A stretch of 64,000 bases of DNA. It comes from an uncultured Acidobacteriota bacterium. Lineage in GTDB: Bacteria; Acidobacteriota; Blastocatellia; RBC074. Made by a program: the position numbers and the translations under genes. Shown here in pieces: positions 9,640 through 19,938 of the stretch (positions are counted from its first letter, which is position 1; each line of letters starts with the position of its first letter). Under the pieces are notes generated by a model. The model did not search any database. It was not told where the DNA came from and saw only the letters and a list, made by a program, of their open reading frames with translations. The stretch is taken from NCBI GenBank assembly GCA_963796275.1, contig CAWCKY010000006.1, positions 2,496,001 through 2,560,000 of the forward strand, written 5' to 3'.

Positions 9640-10242
9640 ATGAAGAAATATGTCATGTTGTTGGTTCTTGCCGTTCTGATTATTACCTCCTTCTCCATCG
9701 CCCTGACGTGGGACGGAGGAGATCCTCTTAAAGATGGAGAGACGATGGTTGAAAAATCGGTGCTAGACTTCACTATGAAAAGCATCGACGGCGATGATGT
9801 AAAGCTGGACAGTTATAACGGGAAGGTTTTGATGCTGGTCAATGTCGCGAGCAAGTGCGGCTATACCAAGCAATATAAGGGGCTGGAGTCCGTCTATCAG
9901 AAATACAAAGAGCAAGGGCTGGTCGTAATGGGCTTCCCCGCCAATAATTTCTTTTGGCAGGAACCAGGGACGAACGAGGAGATAAAGACGTTTTGCACGA
10001 CGAAATACAACGTGACCTTTCCGATGTTCGCAAAGATTTCGGTCAAGGGAGGCAAGATTCACCCGCTGTACAAATTCCTGACGAGCAAGCAGACGAATCC
10101 GGAATTCAGCGGAGGCGTTTCATGGAATTTCAACAAGTTTCTGGTCGATCGAACAGGAAAGGTCATCGCCCGATTTTCAAGCAAAGATGAGCCGGAAAGC
10201 GTAAAAGTCGTAACGGCGATTGAGCAAGCTCTAAAGCAATGA
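9640..10242 (+). CDS. Cys-type glutathione peroxidase family protein with N-terminal signal/anchor
   Basis: NVASKCGYT, GFPANNF..QEPG, WNFNKFLVDRTG; start moved to MKKYVMLL (9640). Confidence 0.92.
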   Translation: MKKYVMLLVLAVLIITSFSIALTWDGGDPLKDGETMVEKSVLDFTMKSIDGDDVKLDSYNGKVLMLVNVASKCGYTKQYKGLESVYQKYKEQGLVVMGFPANNFFWQEPGTNEEIKTFCTTKYNVTFPMFAKISVKGGKIHPLYKFLTSKQTNPEFSGGVSWNFNKFLVDRTGKVIARFSSKDEPESVKVVTAIEQALKQ

Positions 10243-10264
10243 GCTCTAAGCGTTAAGACAAGGA

Positions 10265-10474
10265 TCAATCGATCGCGATCATCACATCGCTCGCTTTGAT
10301 GACGGCATAGACATCTTTGCCGGCAGACAAAGTTAGCCGCTCGGCCGATTCTTTTGTGATGATCGCGACGACCTCAAGTCCATCGGCGAGTTCGACGATC
10401 ACCTCAGTATTAACCGCACCGGGTAGTATCTGCTTGACCGTACCCTTCAGAGTATTGCGCGCGCTGATATCCAT
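10265..10474 (-). CDS. mop: Molybdenum-pterin-binding (Mop/TOBE) protein
   Basis: MDISARNTLKGTVKQILPGAVNTEV...IITKESAERL...AVIKASDVMI, classic molbindin. Confidence 0.93.
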   Translation of the reverse strand: MDISARNTLKGTVKQILPGAVNTEVIVELADGLEVVAIITKESAERLTLSAGKDVYAVIKASDVMIAID

Positions 10475-10748
10475 TATTTATACCGCTCCCATCTGTGAAT
10501 TTTGGCCTCAGGGAATCACTGTATATCATCTCTGCGTCCAGGCTCAATAAGAATCATCCGAAATACCATAAGACGTCAAAAAGTTTGATGAAACCATATC
10601 AAACCGTATAGGTATACGTGCATTCTATTGCGATAATCCGGTAGTAACGGTATAGGATAGTATACTTAGGTGTTTACATCGGCAATGTCGCATTTCAGCC
10701 GCGTTAGCCCACAAGAGCGCAAGGCTAATGCGGCTTAAAGAAGTCGCT

Positions 10749-11021
10749 ATGCTTTACATGATAATCGAGAAATTCAAGCATCAGGACCCGATTCCTGTCT
10801 ATCGGCGCTTCCGCGATCGCGGTCGTCTGGCTCCGGTAGGCTTGCAGTATATATCGAGCTGGGTCGATGAAAAGCTTGAACGTTGTTTTCAACTGATGGA
10901 GACATCAGATCGCAAACTTATTGACGATTGGATCGCCAATTGGATCGATCTCGTCGAGTTCGAAGTTTACCCGGTCATGCTCTCAGCGGAAGCTGCGGAG
11001 AGAGTCGCTGGGCGACTCTAG
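10749..11021 (+). CDS. DUF3303-like small protein
   Basis: MLYMIIEKF...VYRRFRDRGRLAP.GLQYISSWVD....CFQLMET...W...W.DLVEFEVYPV. Confidence 0.8.
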   Translation: MLYMIIEKFKHQDPIPVYRRFRDRGRLAPVGLQYISSWVDEKLERCFQLMETSDRKLIDDWIANWIDLVEFEVYPVMLSAEAAERVAGRL

Positions 11022-11039
11022 GGTAAGACAACAATTCAA

Positions 11040-11152
11040 TCAACTCCGAGTCGCCGTCAACCTACGGGTCCGCTATGCCAAGGGCCTAAGGACGCGTGAC
11101 CGATAGGGTGTGAGGGGAAACGCTCACGCCTCCCGTGCTTGGAAAGGAGAAG
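11040..11152 (+). ncRNA. Moco-class riboswitch (molybdenum/tungsten cofactor), apparently lacking P3
   Basis: AACTCCGAG...AACCTA...CTAAG...AGGGTGTGAGGGGAAACGCTCACGCCTCCCGTGCTTGGAAAGGAG then ATG 11155; P1 CTCC/GGAG contains the SD; the GCCTCCCGT...GGAAAGG 3' end resembles the E. coli moaA leader; Mop and Mo-domain genes are adjacent. Confidence 0.85.
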
Positions 11153-11154
11153 GC

Positions 11155-14100
11155 ATGTCAGTTTGGCGGGCGTCGCTAACGCGACGCGGGAATATCCTTC
11201 AAGCCTTCCGTGGATTTTGCGTCTTCCTGACGCCCATATTCACCATTATCTTTCTACTCACCTCGTCTTCTGTCGTGTTGGCGCAAGCCGGCCAGGCGGA
11301 ACTCACCGGCGAGGTACGCGACAGTTCGGGCGCCGGGATCGCGAAGGCGACGATCACCGTGACGCAGATTGAAACGGGGGATGTCACAAAAACGGCATCG
11401 GGGCAAAATGGCGTCTATACCATCACCAATCTGCGTCCCGGTCTCTATACTGTGACCGTCGAGGCAAACAGCTTTCGCCGCTCCGTGCAAGAAGGTGTGC
11501 GGCTGATGACGGGCGAGCGCATACGCCTGGACATGGCTCTGACCGCCGGCGAGATCAACGAGGAGATCAAGGTCACCGGCGACGCTTCGCTGCTGAGGAC
11601 CGAGAGCGGCAGTCTCGGGCAGGTCATTCCGAACCGCCGCATCGTCGATCTGCCGTTGAACGGGCGCAATTTCTTCTCACTTATCTCGCTCGTCCCTGGC
11701 GTCGCCGCGCCTCCGCCGACGACGGCAGGCCCTTCGTTTCCGCGTCTCAACGGCGGCAGACCGCGCGTCAATGAGTACCTCTACGATGGTATCTCTGCGC
11801 TGCAGCCCGAGCCGGGGCAGGTCGCATTCAATCCGGTGATCGATGCCATCCAGGAGTTCAAGGTCGAGGTCAACTCGCCGCCCGCCGAGTTCGGACGCTT
11901 CAACGGAGGCGTCGTCAACTTGACGACCAAATCAGGCACGAATGGATTCCACGGCACGGCGTTTGAATTCTTACGCAACGAAGCGCTCAACGCCCGCAAC
12001 CTGTTTGCGCCCGCGACGCCGGCCAATCCGAATAAGCCGGTTTTTCGCCGCAATCAGTACGGCTTCGCCCTCGGCGGTCCGATCATCAAAGATCGAACCT
12101 TCTTCTTTGGCGATTATCAGGGTGCGCGCCAGCTCATCGGACGAGTTGTAACCTCGAACGTGCCGACGCTCGCGCAGCGCAACGGTAACTTCTCTGCGAA
12201 TCTCGGAGCGCCGCTCTTCCTCCAGACAACGACGACGGGCGGCGTCACGACATCAAGCGCGACGACGACCAATACTGGTGTCCCGATCAACGTCCTTGCT
12301 ACTAACGGTGCTACGATCCAGGCCCGTGTCGGGCAAATCTTCCGCCCGAGCGATAAACTAGCCTATGTGGGCATCGTCAACGGCAACATCGTGGGCAACA
12401 TCATCCCGCTCACCGACTTCGATCCGGTCGCGAGACAACTGCTCGACCGCTATCCGTTGCCGACATCGGCGGGCGCGGCCAACAACTTCCGCCGCGTTGC
12501 CAACGAAGGAACGAATCAGGATCAGTTCGATGTGCGCCTCGATCATCGCTTTTCGGATCGCGACCAGGTCTTCGGGCGCTATTCGTTCTTCAACGAAGAC
12601 GCGACGCCGGTGACGCCGCTGCCTGACGGGAGCGGCGCCATCACACAGGGCGCGCTCGGATTTCAGAAGAGCCGCGGCTATCAGACTGTCGGCAACTACG
12701 TGCACGTTTTCGCCAAGCCGATCGTCAACGAGTTGCGCTTCGGTTATACGCGCCGCTCGATCGACCGCCGAGCGTTGCTGCTCGATGCGCCGCCGTCAGA
12801 GAGCCTGGGGTTACCCGGTATCCCGCAGAATGCGGCTTTTCAGAACGAATTGCCGACCTTCACGATCGCCGGCTTACAACAGCTCGGCCCAACGACGAGC
12901 ACAGACTCGCTCTTCAACACGGATGTGTGGCAGGTCTTCGATTCGGTCGGTTGGCAGCGCGGGCGCCACTCGATGAAGTTCGGCGTCGATTTTCGGATCG
13001 AGCGGCTGAACGTTCTGCAGCCGCCGTCGCCGACAGGCATCTTCAATTTCACCGCGCCTTTCACCAATTCACGAGGGACGGACAATACCATCGGCACACA
13101 GCCGGGCGGTGCGACGACAGGCACCGTGCTGGCCGGGCAGACTGGAAACGCCCTGGGGAGCTTCCTGCTCGGGCAGGTGAGCAACTTCTCGATCGACCTC
13201 CAGCAGGACGTGATTCACCCGCGCGCCCGCATCCTCGAGTTCTTCGCGCAGGACGATTTCAAGGTGACTCCGCGTCTCACCATCAACGCCGGAGTGCGTT
13301 ACACGCTGAACTTCCCATCGACCGAGACCGATAACCAGGGATCGATCTTCAATCTCGAAACGCAACAACTCGAATATCTCGGAGAGAATGGGTTTCCCAG
13401 AGCGGCGCGTCGAGTTGCACAAACTCAACTTCGGGCCGCGCCTCGGGATCGCTTACCGGCTGACCGATCGCACGGTGTTGCGCTCGGGTTACGGTTTGAT
13501 CTGGCAGGAGCAGGCCGGCATCACGACTCCGTTCACGATCCCGCAGTTTCCGTTCATTCAGACCGTCACGCAGCGCTCGCTCGACGGCGTGACGCCAGCG
13601 TTCGTGCTCTCGTCGGGTCCGAACGTCCAGCCCATTCCGCTAACGCCTGATGCGGGATTGGGGCAAGGCGTCTTCTCGGTCGATCGCGATTTGGGAAGCG
13701 GCTACGTCCAGCAATGGAACGTCGCAGTTCAGCGCGAGATCAGCGGCAACCTGGTCGCCGAGGTCGCATATGCGGGGTCGAAGGTCACGCACGTCGGCAT
13801 TCCTGATACGAACATCAATCAACTCACCGCTGAACAACTCGCGCAGGGAAACGCGTTGCTGCAACTGGTGCCGAACCCGTATCTTCGGACAGATCCCGCG
13901 CAATTCCACACTGGGCGACCCGACGATTCCGCGTGCACAGTTGCTACGGCCCTACCCGCGATTCACGGCTGTCAGCCTCTATCGCAACAACGTGGGCAAC
14001 ACGAGCTACCAAGCCCTGCAAGCGAAACTCGAAAAGCGCCTCTCGCGGGGGCTCGCGTTCCTTGTCAGCTATACCCGCTCGAAGCTGATCGACGACGCCG

Positions 14101-14739
14101 GGCAGGTCTTCGATCAGACCATCCAGACCGGACCGGTCGGCAACTTTCCCGTCGCCGACAGTTTCAACCGCGCGCTCGAACGCGACGTCTCGACCGGGGA
14201 CATCCCGAACGTCTTCGTCACCAGCTTCACCTATGAACTGCCGATGGGTAAGGGGCGCGGGTTCAATCTCTCCGGCATTGCCGACAAACTATTCGGCGGA
14301 TGGAATATCAACGGCATGGTTTGGTTGCAGTCGGGGTTGCCGTTCCCGGTCACGCAGATCACGAACTTCAACGCCTTCGCGGGATTCGGCACGCAGCGGC
14401 CGAATATTCTCCGCGATCCGACTCTGGCCGCCGACGAGCGGACGACCGATCGCTGGTTCGACACGTCGGCCTTTGCGGTCGCTCCGCAATTTACGATCGG
14501 GAACTCTTCGCGCAACCCGGTGCGTGGCCCTGGCTACACGCACGGCGGATATCGCGTTTATCAAGCGTACGTATTTCGGTGAGGACATAAACTTCGAATT
14601 CCGCACGGAGATATTCAACCTGACGAACACGCCGCCGCTCGCCAACCCGAACGGCGTGGTTGGCAATGCGGCGTTCGGCACGATCACATCGGCGGGAGAT
14701 CCGCGCGTGATCCAGTTCGGACTGAAGCTGAATTTCTGA
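11155..14739 (+). pseudogene. Oar-like TonB-dependent receptor, split by three +1 frameshifts (~13411, ~13883, ~14538)
   Basis: ORFs 11110, 13388, 13650 and 14233 join into one receptor: carboxypeptidase-regulatory N-domain, DLPLNGRNF, EFLRNEALNARN, NFGPRLGIAY, FNLTNTP, C-terminal PRVIQFGLKLNF; may be sequencing errors. Confidence 0.88.
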
Positions 14740-14802
14740 GGGAGAAAGATACTCCTTATGACCGGTCACCAATGATTCGAGAGGAGGCGTCAATGAGACT
14801 CC

Positions 14803-15306
14803 ATGATAATCCGCGGAATCCTTTGCTCCCTGATCATAACGTTTTACGCCACAGTTCCTGCCCCGGCGCAGACCGGTGAAACGAAGAAAAGCCTGCGGAT
14901 TAGCGGGGAAGTGGAGCGTCCGCTCACTCTCAAAGCCGAGGACCTGGCCAAATTGCCGCGCCGCAGCGTCAGGGCAAAAGACCACAGCGGAAAGGATTCG
15001 GAGTTCGAGGGCTCGCCGCTGGTCGCGGTCTTAACGCTTGCCGGCGTGAAATTCGGCGAAGATCTGCGCGGCAAGAATCTCGAGCTCTACCTCGTGGTCG
15101 AGGCGGCTGACGGTTATCGGGCGGTCTTCGCGCTGCCGGAACTTGATCCAGCCTATACAGACAAGGTCATCCTGCTGGCGGATAAACGCGACGGCAAGGC
15201 GATGGACGCCAGGGAAGGCCCGCTGAGGATCGTCGTGCCCGACGAGAAACGTCAAGCGCGCTGGGTTCGTCAGGTGACTGGGCTTGTCGTCAAACGCGCG
15301 CAATAA
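14803..15306 (+). CDS. Exported molybdopterin-binding-domain (Oxidored_molyb-like) protein
   Basis: Signal peptide; LRISGEVERPLTL..DLAKLP, VEAADGYRAVFALPELDP, EGPLRIVVPDEKRQARWVRQV. Confidence 0.85.
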   Translation: MIIRGILCSLIITFYATVPAPAQTGETKKSLRISGEVERPLTLKAEDLAKLPRRSVRAKDHSGKDSEFEGSPLVAVLTLAGVKFGEDLRGKNLELYLVVEAADGYRAVFALPELDPAYTDKVILLADKRDGKAMDAREGPLRIVVPDEKRQARWVRQVTGLVVKRAQ

Positions 15307-15335
15307 GCGGCTATGAACGGCGGTAGTATCGGAGA

Positions 15336-15545
15336 ATGGGAGTATCCCTCTCCCGGGTGAATCGAGGCATGGCCTTAGAGAAATTGGGACGGGATGATGA
15401 AGCGATGGAGGATTACGAGCAGGCTCAGTCGATCATCTTAGCCATTTGCCGGTGGAGCGATGTTACCCGGTATCGGTTGGACATGGGCATCGCGCTGCAG
15501 CATCCCCGGCAATACGAGCAGGCAATTCATGGAATCCATGAATGA
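15336..15545 (+). pseudogene. TPR-repeat fragment
   Basis: VNRGMALEKLGRDDEAMEDYEQA and LDMGIALQH..QYEQAI TPR-like helices in a short isolated ORF. Confidence 0.5.
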
Positions 15546-15702
15546 CTGAACGCCGTGGAGCCGCTATTTAAAAAATGAAGACCTCTATCCTGTAGTTTCG
15601 CTTTTACCGCTATTCCATATCCGCGCCTGCATGTCATGGACGACTTCTTCAAATTTCCGATAGGGGTTTTCCCGACAGTGCCAGATGTGCATAATGGCGC
15701 GA

Positions 15703-17844
15703 ATGTCTATATATCTTAAACACCTTCTCGGAATCATAATTATCGCTTCAATCGCCGGAGCGACCATTCAACCGGTCGCGCTGGCGCAGACGACAGAACC
15801 GAAAGCCCCGATTCGCTTGGAACCGATAACCGTCCACGTTTACAAAGATCCGGACGACGTGCAGCGGCTCCCGGTCAGCGTCACCGGTGTTTCGGAATCC
15901 GTGCTGCGAGGGGCCGGCGTCCTCAGGGTCAGCGACGCTGGAATTCTGGCGCCGAATACTTTTTTCTCGGAGTTCACGGCGCGCAAGCTCAGTAATGCGC
16001 GCTTTCGCGGGATCGGTTCGAGCCCGTCGAATCCCGGCATCACGACCTACATCGACGGTGTACCGCAACTCAATACAAATTCTTCAAGCATCGAGTTACT
16101 GGACATCGAGCAGATAGAATTCGTCCGCGGACCTCAGAGCGCGCTGTTCGGACGCAATACCCTTGGTGGACTCGTCAATATCACGACTCAACGGCCTGAA
16201 ATGAAGGGATGGACGGGCGGTCTCACAGTCCCGCTAGCCAATTACTCGGAATGGGATGCGAGAGCGAACATTTCAGGGCCGATCAGCGAGAAAGCCGGCG
16301 TCCGCGTGACGGTCGGGCGTGGGACGCGCGATGGTTACACGATCAACGATGTCACGGGAAACGATCTGGACTATCGAAGGACGTCCTATGGCAAGGCTCA
16401 ATTGTGGTGGGCGCCAACCAGCAGGTGGGAAGCGCGTTTGATTGTCACCGGCGAGCGGGATCAGGACGGCGATTATGCGCTCAACGACCTGGCGGCACTG
16501 CGCCAGAATCCGTTTCGTTCGTCGCGGGACTTCGAGGGAATAGTGGAGCGGGATGTTCTGGCATCGACCGTTCAGGTCCGTCGGGAAGGGAGCCGTTTTG
16601 CATTCAGCACCACCGCCGGCCTGGTGAACTGGAAGACGCGGGACGTCACCGACCTGGACTACACTGCGCGCCCATTGATCACGCGGGACAATAAAGAAAA
16701 GGATGTACAGTTCACCCAGGAAGTGCGGCTCGCATCGGCTGCCGGCGCCCCCGTCAGATTGGGGGACCGCGTGAGGTTGCGATGGCAGACCGGAGCGTTC
16801 TTCTTCTCGCAGAACTACGATCAGGACGCGATCAATAACTTCTCGCCTTTCCTCCTTTCCCCCCAGGTGGGATTTCCGGTGGCACAGCATTCTCCTCGGT
16901 CGGCGCTGAACGACACGGGCGCTGGCGTGTACGGGCAGATGACGGCGACCTTCAGCGAGAGCTTCGACCTGACGTTCGGCGCCCGCGTCGATCACGAAAA
17001 CAAGCGAGCGGACCTGCGCACGTTTTTCGATCCTGCAATCAGTCCCGAAAACAGAGTAATAGCGAAGAAAGGCTTCTCCAATGTGTCCCCACAGTTGGCG
17101 GCATCGTACCGGTTTGCGGGAAGTCGCATGGTCTATGCGTCGGTCGGCCGCGGATACAAGGCCGGGGGCTTCAATCCTGCATCGCCGGCAGGCAGCGAGG
17201 CCTATGGAGAAGAAGGAGCGTGGCACGTCGAGAGCGGCGTCAAGACACTGCTGGCCGGCGGCAAGTTGTCCGCCAACGCTGCGCTGTTCTACATCGACTG
17301 GAGCGGCTTGCAACTGAATGTGCCGAATCCGGCCGTGCCGGCGCAGTTCTTTATCAGGAACATCGGGCGCGCCACTAGCAAGGGATTCGAAGCCGAGCTC
17401 AACGCGCGGCCTCACGCCAATTTGGATCTTTTCGCCACTTTCGGATTGACGAATGCGCGGTTCGCGGATGCTACGTCTTCTGGAGGAGTCGACGTATCCG
17501 GTAACAAACTGCCCAGCGCGCCGGATCACACCTTCACCGTTGGGGCGCAGGTTACGAAGGACCTCAAAAGCAGCTTCGCACTCTACGGCCGCGGCGAGGT
17601 ATGGTTCAACGGCGGGTTCGAATACAATGACGCCAACACGCAAAGGCAGGAGGCGTATTCACTCGCGAATATCCGAGCCGGATTGCGCGGGCGATATATG
17701 TTTGTGGAAGCATGGATCAAGAACGCGTACGACACTCGGTATATTCCGATCGCTTTCGCCTACGGCAGCTTTGCGCCTTCTGGCTTCGTGGGTGAAATGG
17801 GAGCGCCGCGCCGTATTGGAATCACGATGGGCTTGACGTTTTAA
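15703..17844 (+). CDS. Classical TonB-dependent receptor (plug + barrel)
   Basis: LEPITV TonB box, RFRGIGS, YIDGVP, IEQIEFVRGPQSALFGRNTLGG, GYKAGGFN, terminal F; ORF open from 15685, ATG 15703 lies 7 nt after CATAAT. Confidence 0.92.
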   Translation: MSIYLKHLLGIIIIASIAGATIQPVALAQTTEPKAPIRLEPITVHVYKDPDDVQRLPVSVTGVSESVLRGAGVLRVSDAGILAPNTFFSEFTARKLSNARFRGIGSSPSNPGITTYIDGVPQLNTNSSSIELLDIEQIEFVRGPQSALFGRNTLGGLVNITTQRPEMKGWTGGLTVPLANYSEWDARANISGPISEKAGVRVTVGRGTRDGYTINDVTGNDLDYRRTSYGKAQLWWAPTSRWEARLIVTGERDQDGDYALNDLAALRQNPFRSSRDFEGIVERDVLASTVQVRREGSRFAFSTTAGLVNWKTRDVTDLDYTARPLITRDNKEKDVQFTQEVRLASAAGAPVRLGDRVRLRWQTGAFFFSQNYDQDAINNFSPFLLSPQVGFPVAQHSPRSALNDTGAGVYGQMTATFSESFDLTFGARVDHENKRADLRTFFDPAISPENRVIAKKGFSNVSPQLAASYRFAGSRMVYASVGRGYKAGGFNPASPAGSEAYGEEGAWHVESGVKTLLAGGKLSANAALFYIDWSGLQLNVPNPAVPAQFFIRNIGRATSKGFEAELNARPHANLDLFATFGLTNARFADATSSGGVDVSGNKLPSAPDHTFTVGAQVTKDLKSSFALYGRGEVWFNGGFEYNDANTQRQEAYSLANIRAGLRGRYMFVEAWIKNAYDTRYIPIAFAYGSFAPSGFVGEMGAPRRIGITMGLTF

Positions 17845-17898
17845 ATGTTGGGCACCGGTCGCTTCGCGGCGGGAACCTTGATGATTGGAGAGAGACCT

Positions 17899-18684
17899 AT
17901 GAGTCCAGCGATCACGGCGAGACAACTGGATGCCCGGGCGGTTCTGCAATATAAGGAAGACGGATTCCTTATCGTTCGCGGCGTCTTCTCGGCCGATGAA
18001 ATCTCCGCGCTCGACGGAGAGGCGGAGCGCCTTTACCACCGCAGCGACCTCATCGATACCGATAACATCCGCTGCCGCTGGCAAAATCACTTTCAGACGG
18101 GGGAATGCCGCTTCGATTGCTTCGATCCTGTCATCGATCTCAGCTCCGCTTACGAACGCGTTGCGCGCAGCCAGCATCTGCTCGATCTCGTAGGACAGCT
18201 CTACGGAGAGCGTGCGTGTCTCTTCAAGGATAAGCTGATCTTCAAGCCTCCCGGCGCAGAAGGTTACCACCTTCATCAGGATTACATCTCGTGGGATTCC
18301 TTTCCCACCAGCTTTCTCACCGCAGTCGTCGCTATCGATGCCTGCGATCGGGAGAATGGAGCGACCGAGGTCTTTCGCGGCTATCATCTCCGCGGATACA
18401 TGTCGCCCAAGGACGGAATGTATCACCAACTGCCGGACGAATCCGTGGACACATCGGCGGGGGTCGTTTTGACTTTATCTCCCGGCGATGTCGCCATCTT
18501 CAGTGGATATACGCCGCACCGTTCATCTCCCAATCGTTCCGGCCGCAGCCGGCGCCTGCTCTACCTGAGCTACAACGCATTCAGTGATGGCGGCGAACAG
18601 CGTGACCGTCATTACGCCGAGTTTGCGGATTGGCTGAAGGACCGATATGCCGAATACGGCAAGACGATGACGTACTTCCGATAG
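17899..18684 (+). CDS. PhyH-family Fe(II)/2-oxoglutarate dioxygenase
   Basis: YKEDGFLIVRGVFS, FKDKLIFKPPG, HQD...H(TPHRSSPNRS..SR) facial triad, ENGATEV; GGAG RBS upstream. Confidence 0.92.
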   Translation: MSPAITARQLDARAVLQYKEDGFLIVRGVFSADEISALDGEAERLYHRSDLIDTDNIRCRWQNHFQTGECRFDCFDPVIDLSSAYERVARSQHLLDLVGQLYGERACLFKDKLIFKPPGAEGYHLHQDYISWDSFPTSFLTAVVAIDACDRENGATEVFRGYHLRGYMSPKDGMYHQLPDESVDTSAGVVLTLSPGDVAIFSGYTPHRSSPNRSGRSRRLLYLSYNAFSDGGEQRDRHYAEFADWLKDRYAEYGKTMTYFR

Positions 18685-18688
18685 TTCT

Positions 18689-19921
18689 ATGAGCTTGATC
18701 AACTCTTGTATAAACGTCCTGATCGCCGCGTTAATTATGGTTGCAACGCTGCCCGGCAGGACACAGGGTTTGGGACTGATTACCGAGCCGCTGCTGCGCG
18801 ATCTGAATGTGGACCGTGTCACGTATGCCCACATTAACCTATGGGCGACACTTCTCGGGGCGATTGTTTGCCTGCCCGCCGGAAGGATCTTCGATCGATT
18901 GGGCCTGCGAATCGCGACCACATTGATCACGGCGCTGCTAAGCTTCGTTGTATGGCAAATGAGCGGCCTCGCGGGCGGAATCGCGGCTCTCTTCGTCCTG
19001 GTCTTTGCGACCCGCGCGCTCGGGCAGAGCGCACTTTCAGTTGCGAGCATCACGCTCGTGGGGAAAGCGTTCGATCGCCGCGTCGGTTTCGCCATGGGCG
19101 TCTATTCCGTGCTCTTGAGCATGTTTTTTGCAGGCGCATTCATCATTGTCGGCAGCGTCGTGCGCAATACCGGCTGGCGCGAAGCCTGGTCAGGAATCGC
19201 ATTGGTGTTGGTCTTGTTTATCGCGCCCGCTGTGCTGGTGTTTATTCGTGAGCCCGGCAGAGCCTCGCCCGCGCAAGAGGAGAAAGGCGCCGCCGGAGGC
19301 GAAGATCTCTCGTTGCGAGATGCCCTGGGGACATCCGCCTTCTGGGTATTCGCAGGCGCAACCTCTCTCTATGGCCTGGTGGCTTCGGGGCTGGGGTTGT
19401 TTAACGAAGCTCTGCTGGCCGAACGCGGCTTCAGCCAGGAGACTTATCATAAGTTTCTGGCGGGAACGGCAATCATTGCGCTGTTCGGGCAGCTCGGCTG
19501 CGGTCTGATGACGTTGCGGTGGTCGATGCAGCGGCTTGCCGCCTACGCTTTGTTCGCGTACGCGGTGGCATTGGTCGCGTTTCCTTTTTTGACGACGCTG
19601 CCCCAGCTCTGGGGGTTTGCGGCACTGATGGGTTTCTCCGGCGGAATGATCACCGTGATCTTCTTTGCCATCTGGCGCCGCGCCTATGGGATGACGCACC
19701 TGGGCCGGATTCAGGGGGCCGCCCAGATGCTGACCGTCCTGGCTTCAGCCATCGGGCCGTTGCTGTTCGCGAAAAGCGTAGAGCTGACGGGTTCTTATAT
19801 GCCGGTTCTGCGATTGCTCGCGCCCGCAGTCGCTTTGTTGGGCATTGCTGCATTGCGCGTGCGCTTGCCTTTGACACCGGCGCCCGTCGAAGCTGCGCCG
19901 GATCACGTAGCCGTAAGATGA
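18689..19921 (+). CDS. MFS transporter
   Basis: About 12 hydrophobic segments; GRIFDRLGLR motif A; YGMTHLGRIQG. Confidence 0.9.
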   Translation: MSLINSCINVLIAALIMVATLPGRTQGLGLITEPLLRDLNVDRVTYAHINLWATLLGAIVCLPAGRIFDRLGLRIATTLITALLSFVVWQMSGLAGGIAALFVLVFATRALGQSALSVASITLVGKAFDRRVGFAMGVYSVLLSMFFAGAFIIVGSVVRNTGWREAWSGIALVLVLFIAPAVLVFIREPGRASPAQEEKGAAGGEDLSLRDALGTSAFWVFAGATSLYGLVASGLGLFNEALLAERGFSQETYHKFLAGTAIIALFGQLGCGLMTLRWSMQRLAAYALFAYAVALVAFPFLTTLPQLWGFAALMGFSGGMITVIFFAIWRRAYGMTHLGRIQGAAQMLTVLASAIGPLLFAKSVELTGSYMPVLRLLAPAVALLGIAALRVRLPLTPAPVEAAPDHVAVR

Positions 19922-19938
19922 AGGTATAGGGAGGTCGT

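Noticed and set aside
9841-9870. Selenocysteine in the glutathione peroxidase
   Set aside because: The active-site codon is TGC (Cys), not TGA
10605-10665. ModE boxes upstream of mop (CGTATA-GG-TATACG; GTATA-N6-TATAC)
   Set aside because: The palindromes are real but fit the ModE consensus poorly, and no modE is in the window
16273-17643. 456-aa antisense ORF (likewise 47963..49081, 1769..2581 and other long shadow ORFs)
   Set aside because: They lie opposite well-supported genes in GC-rich DNA and have no recognisable motifs
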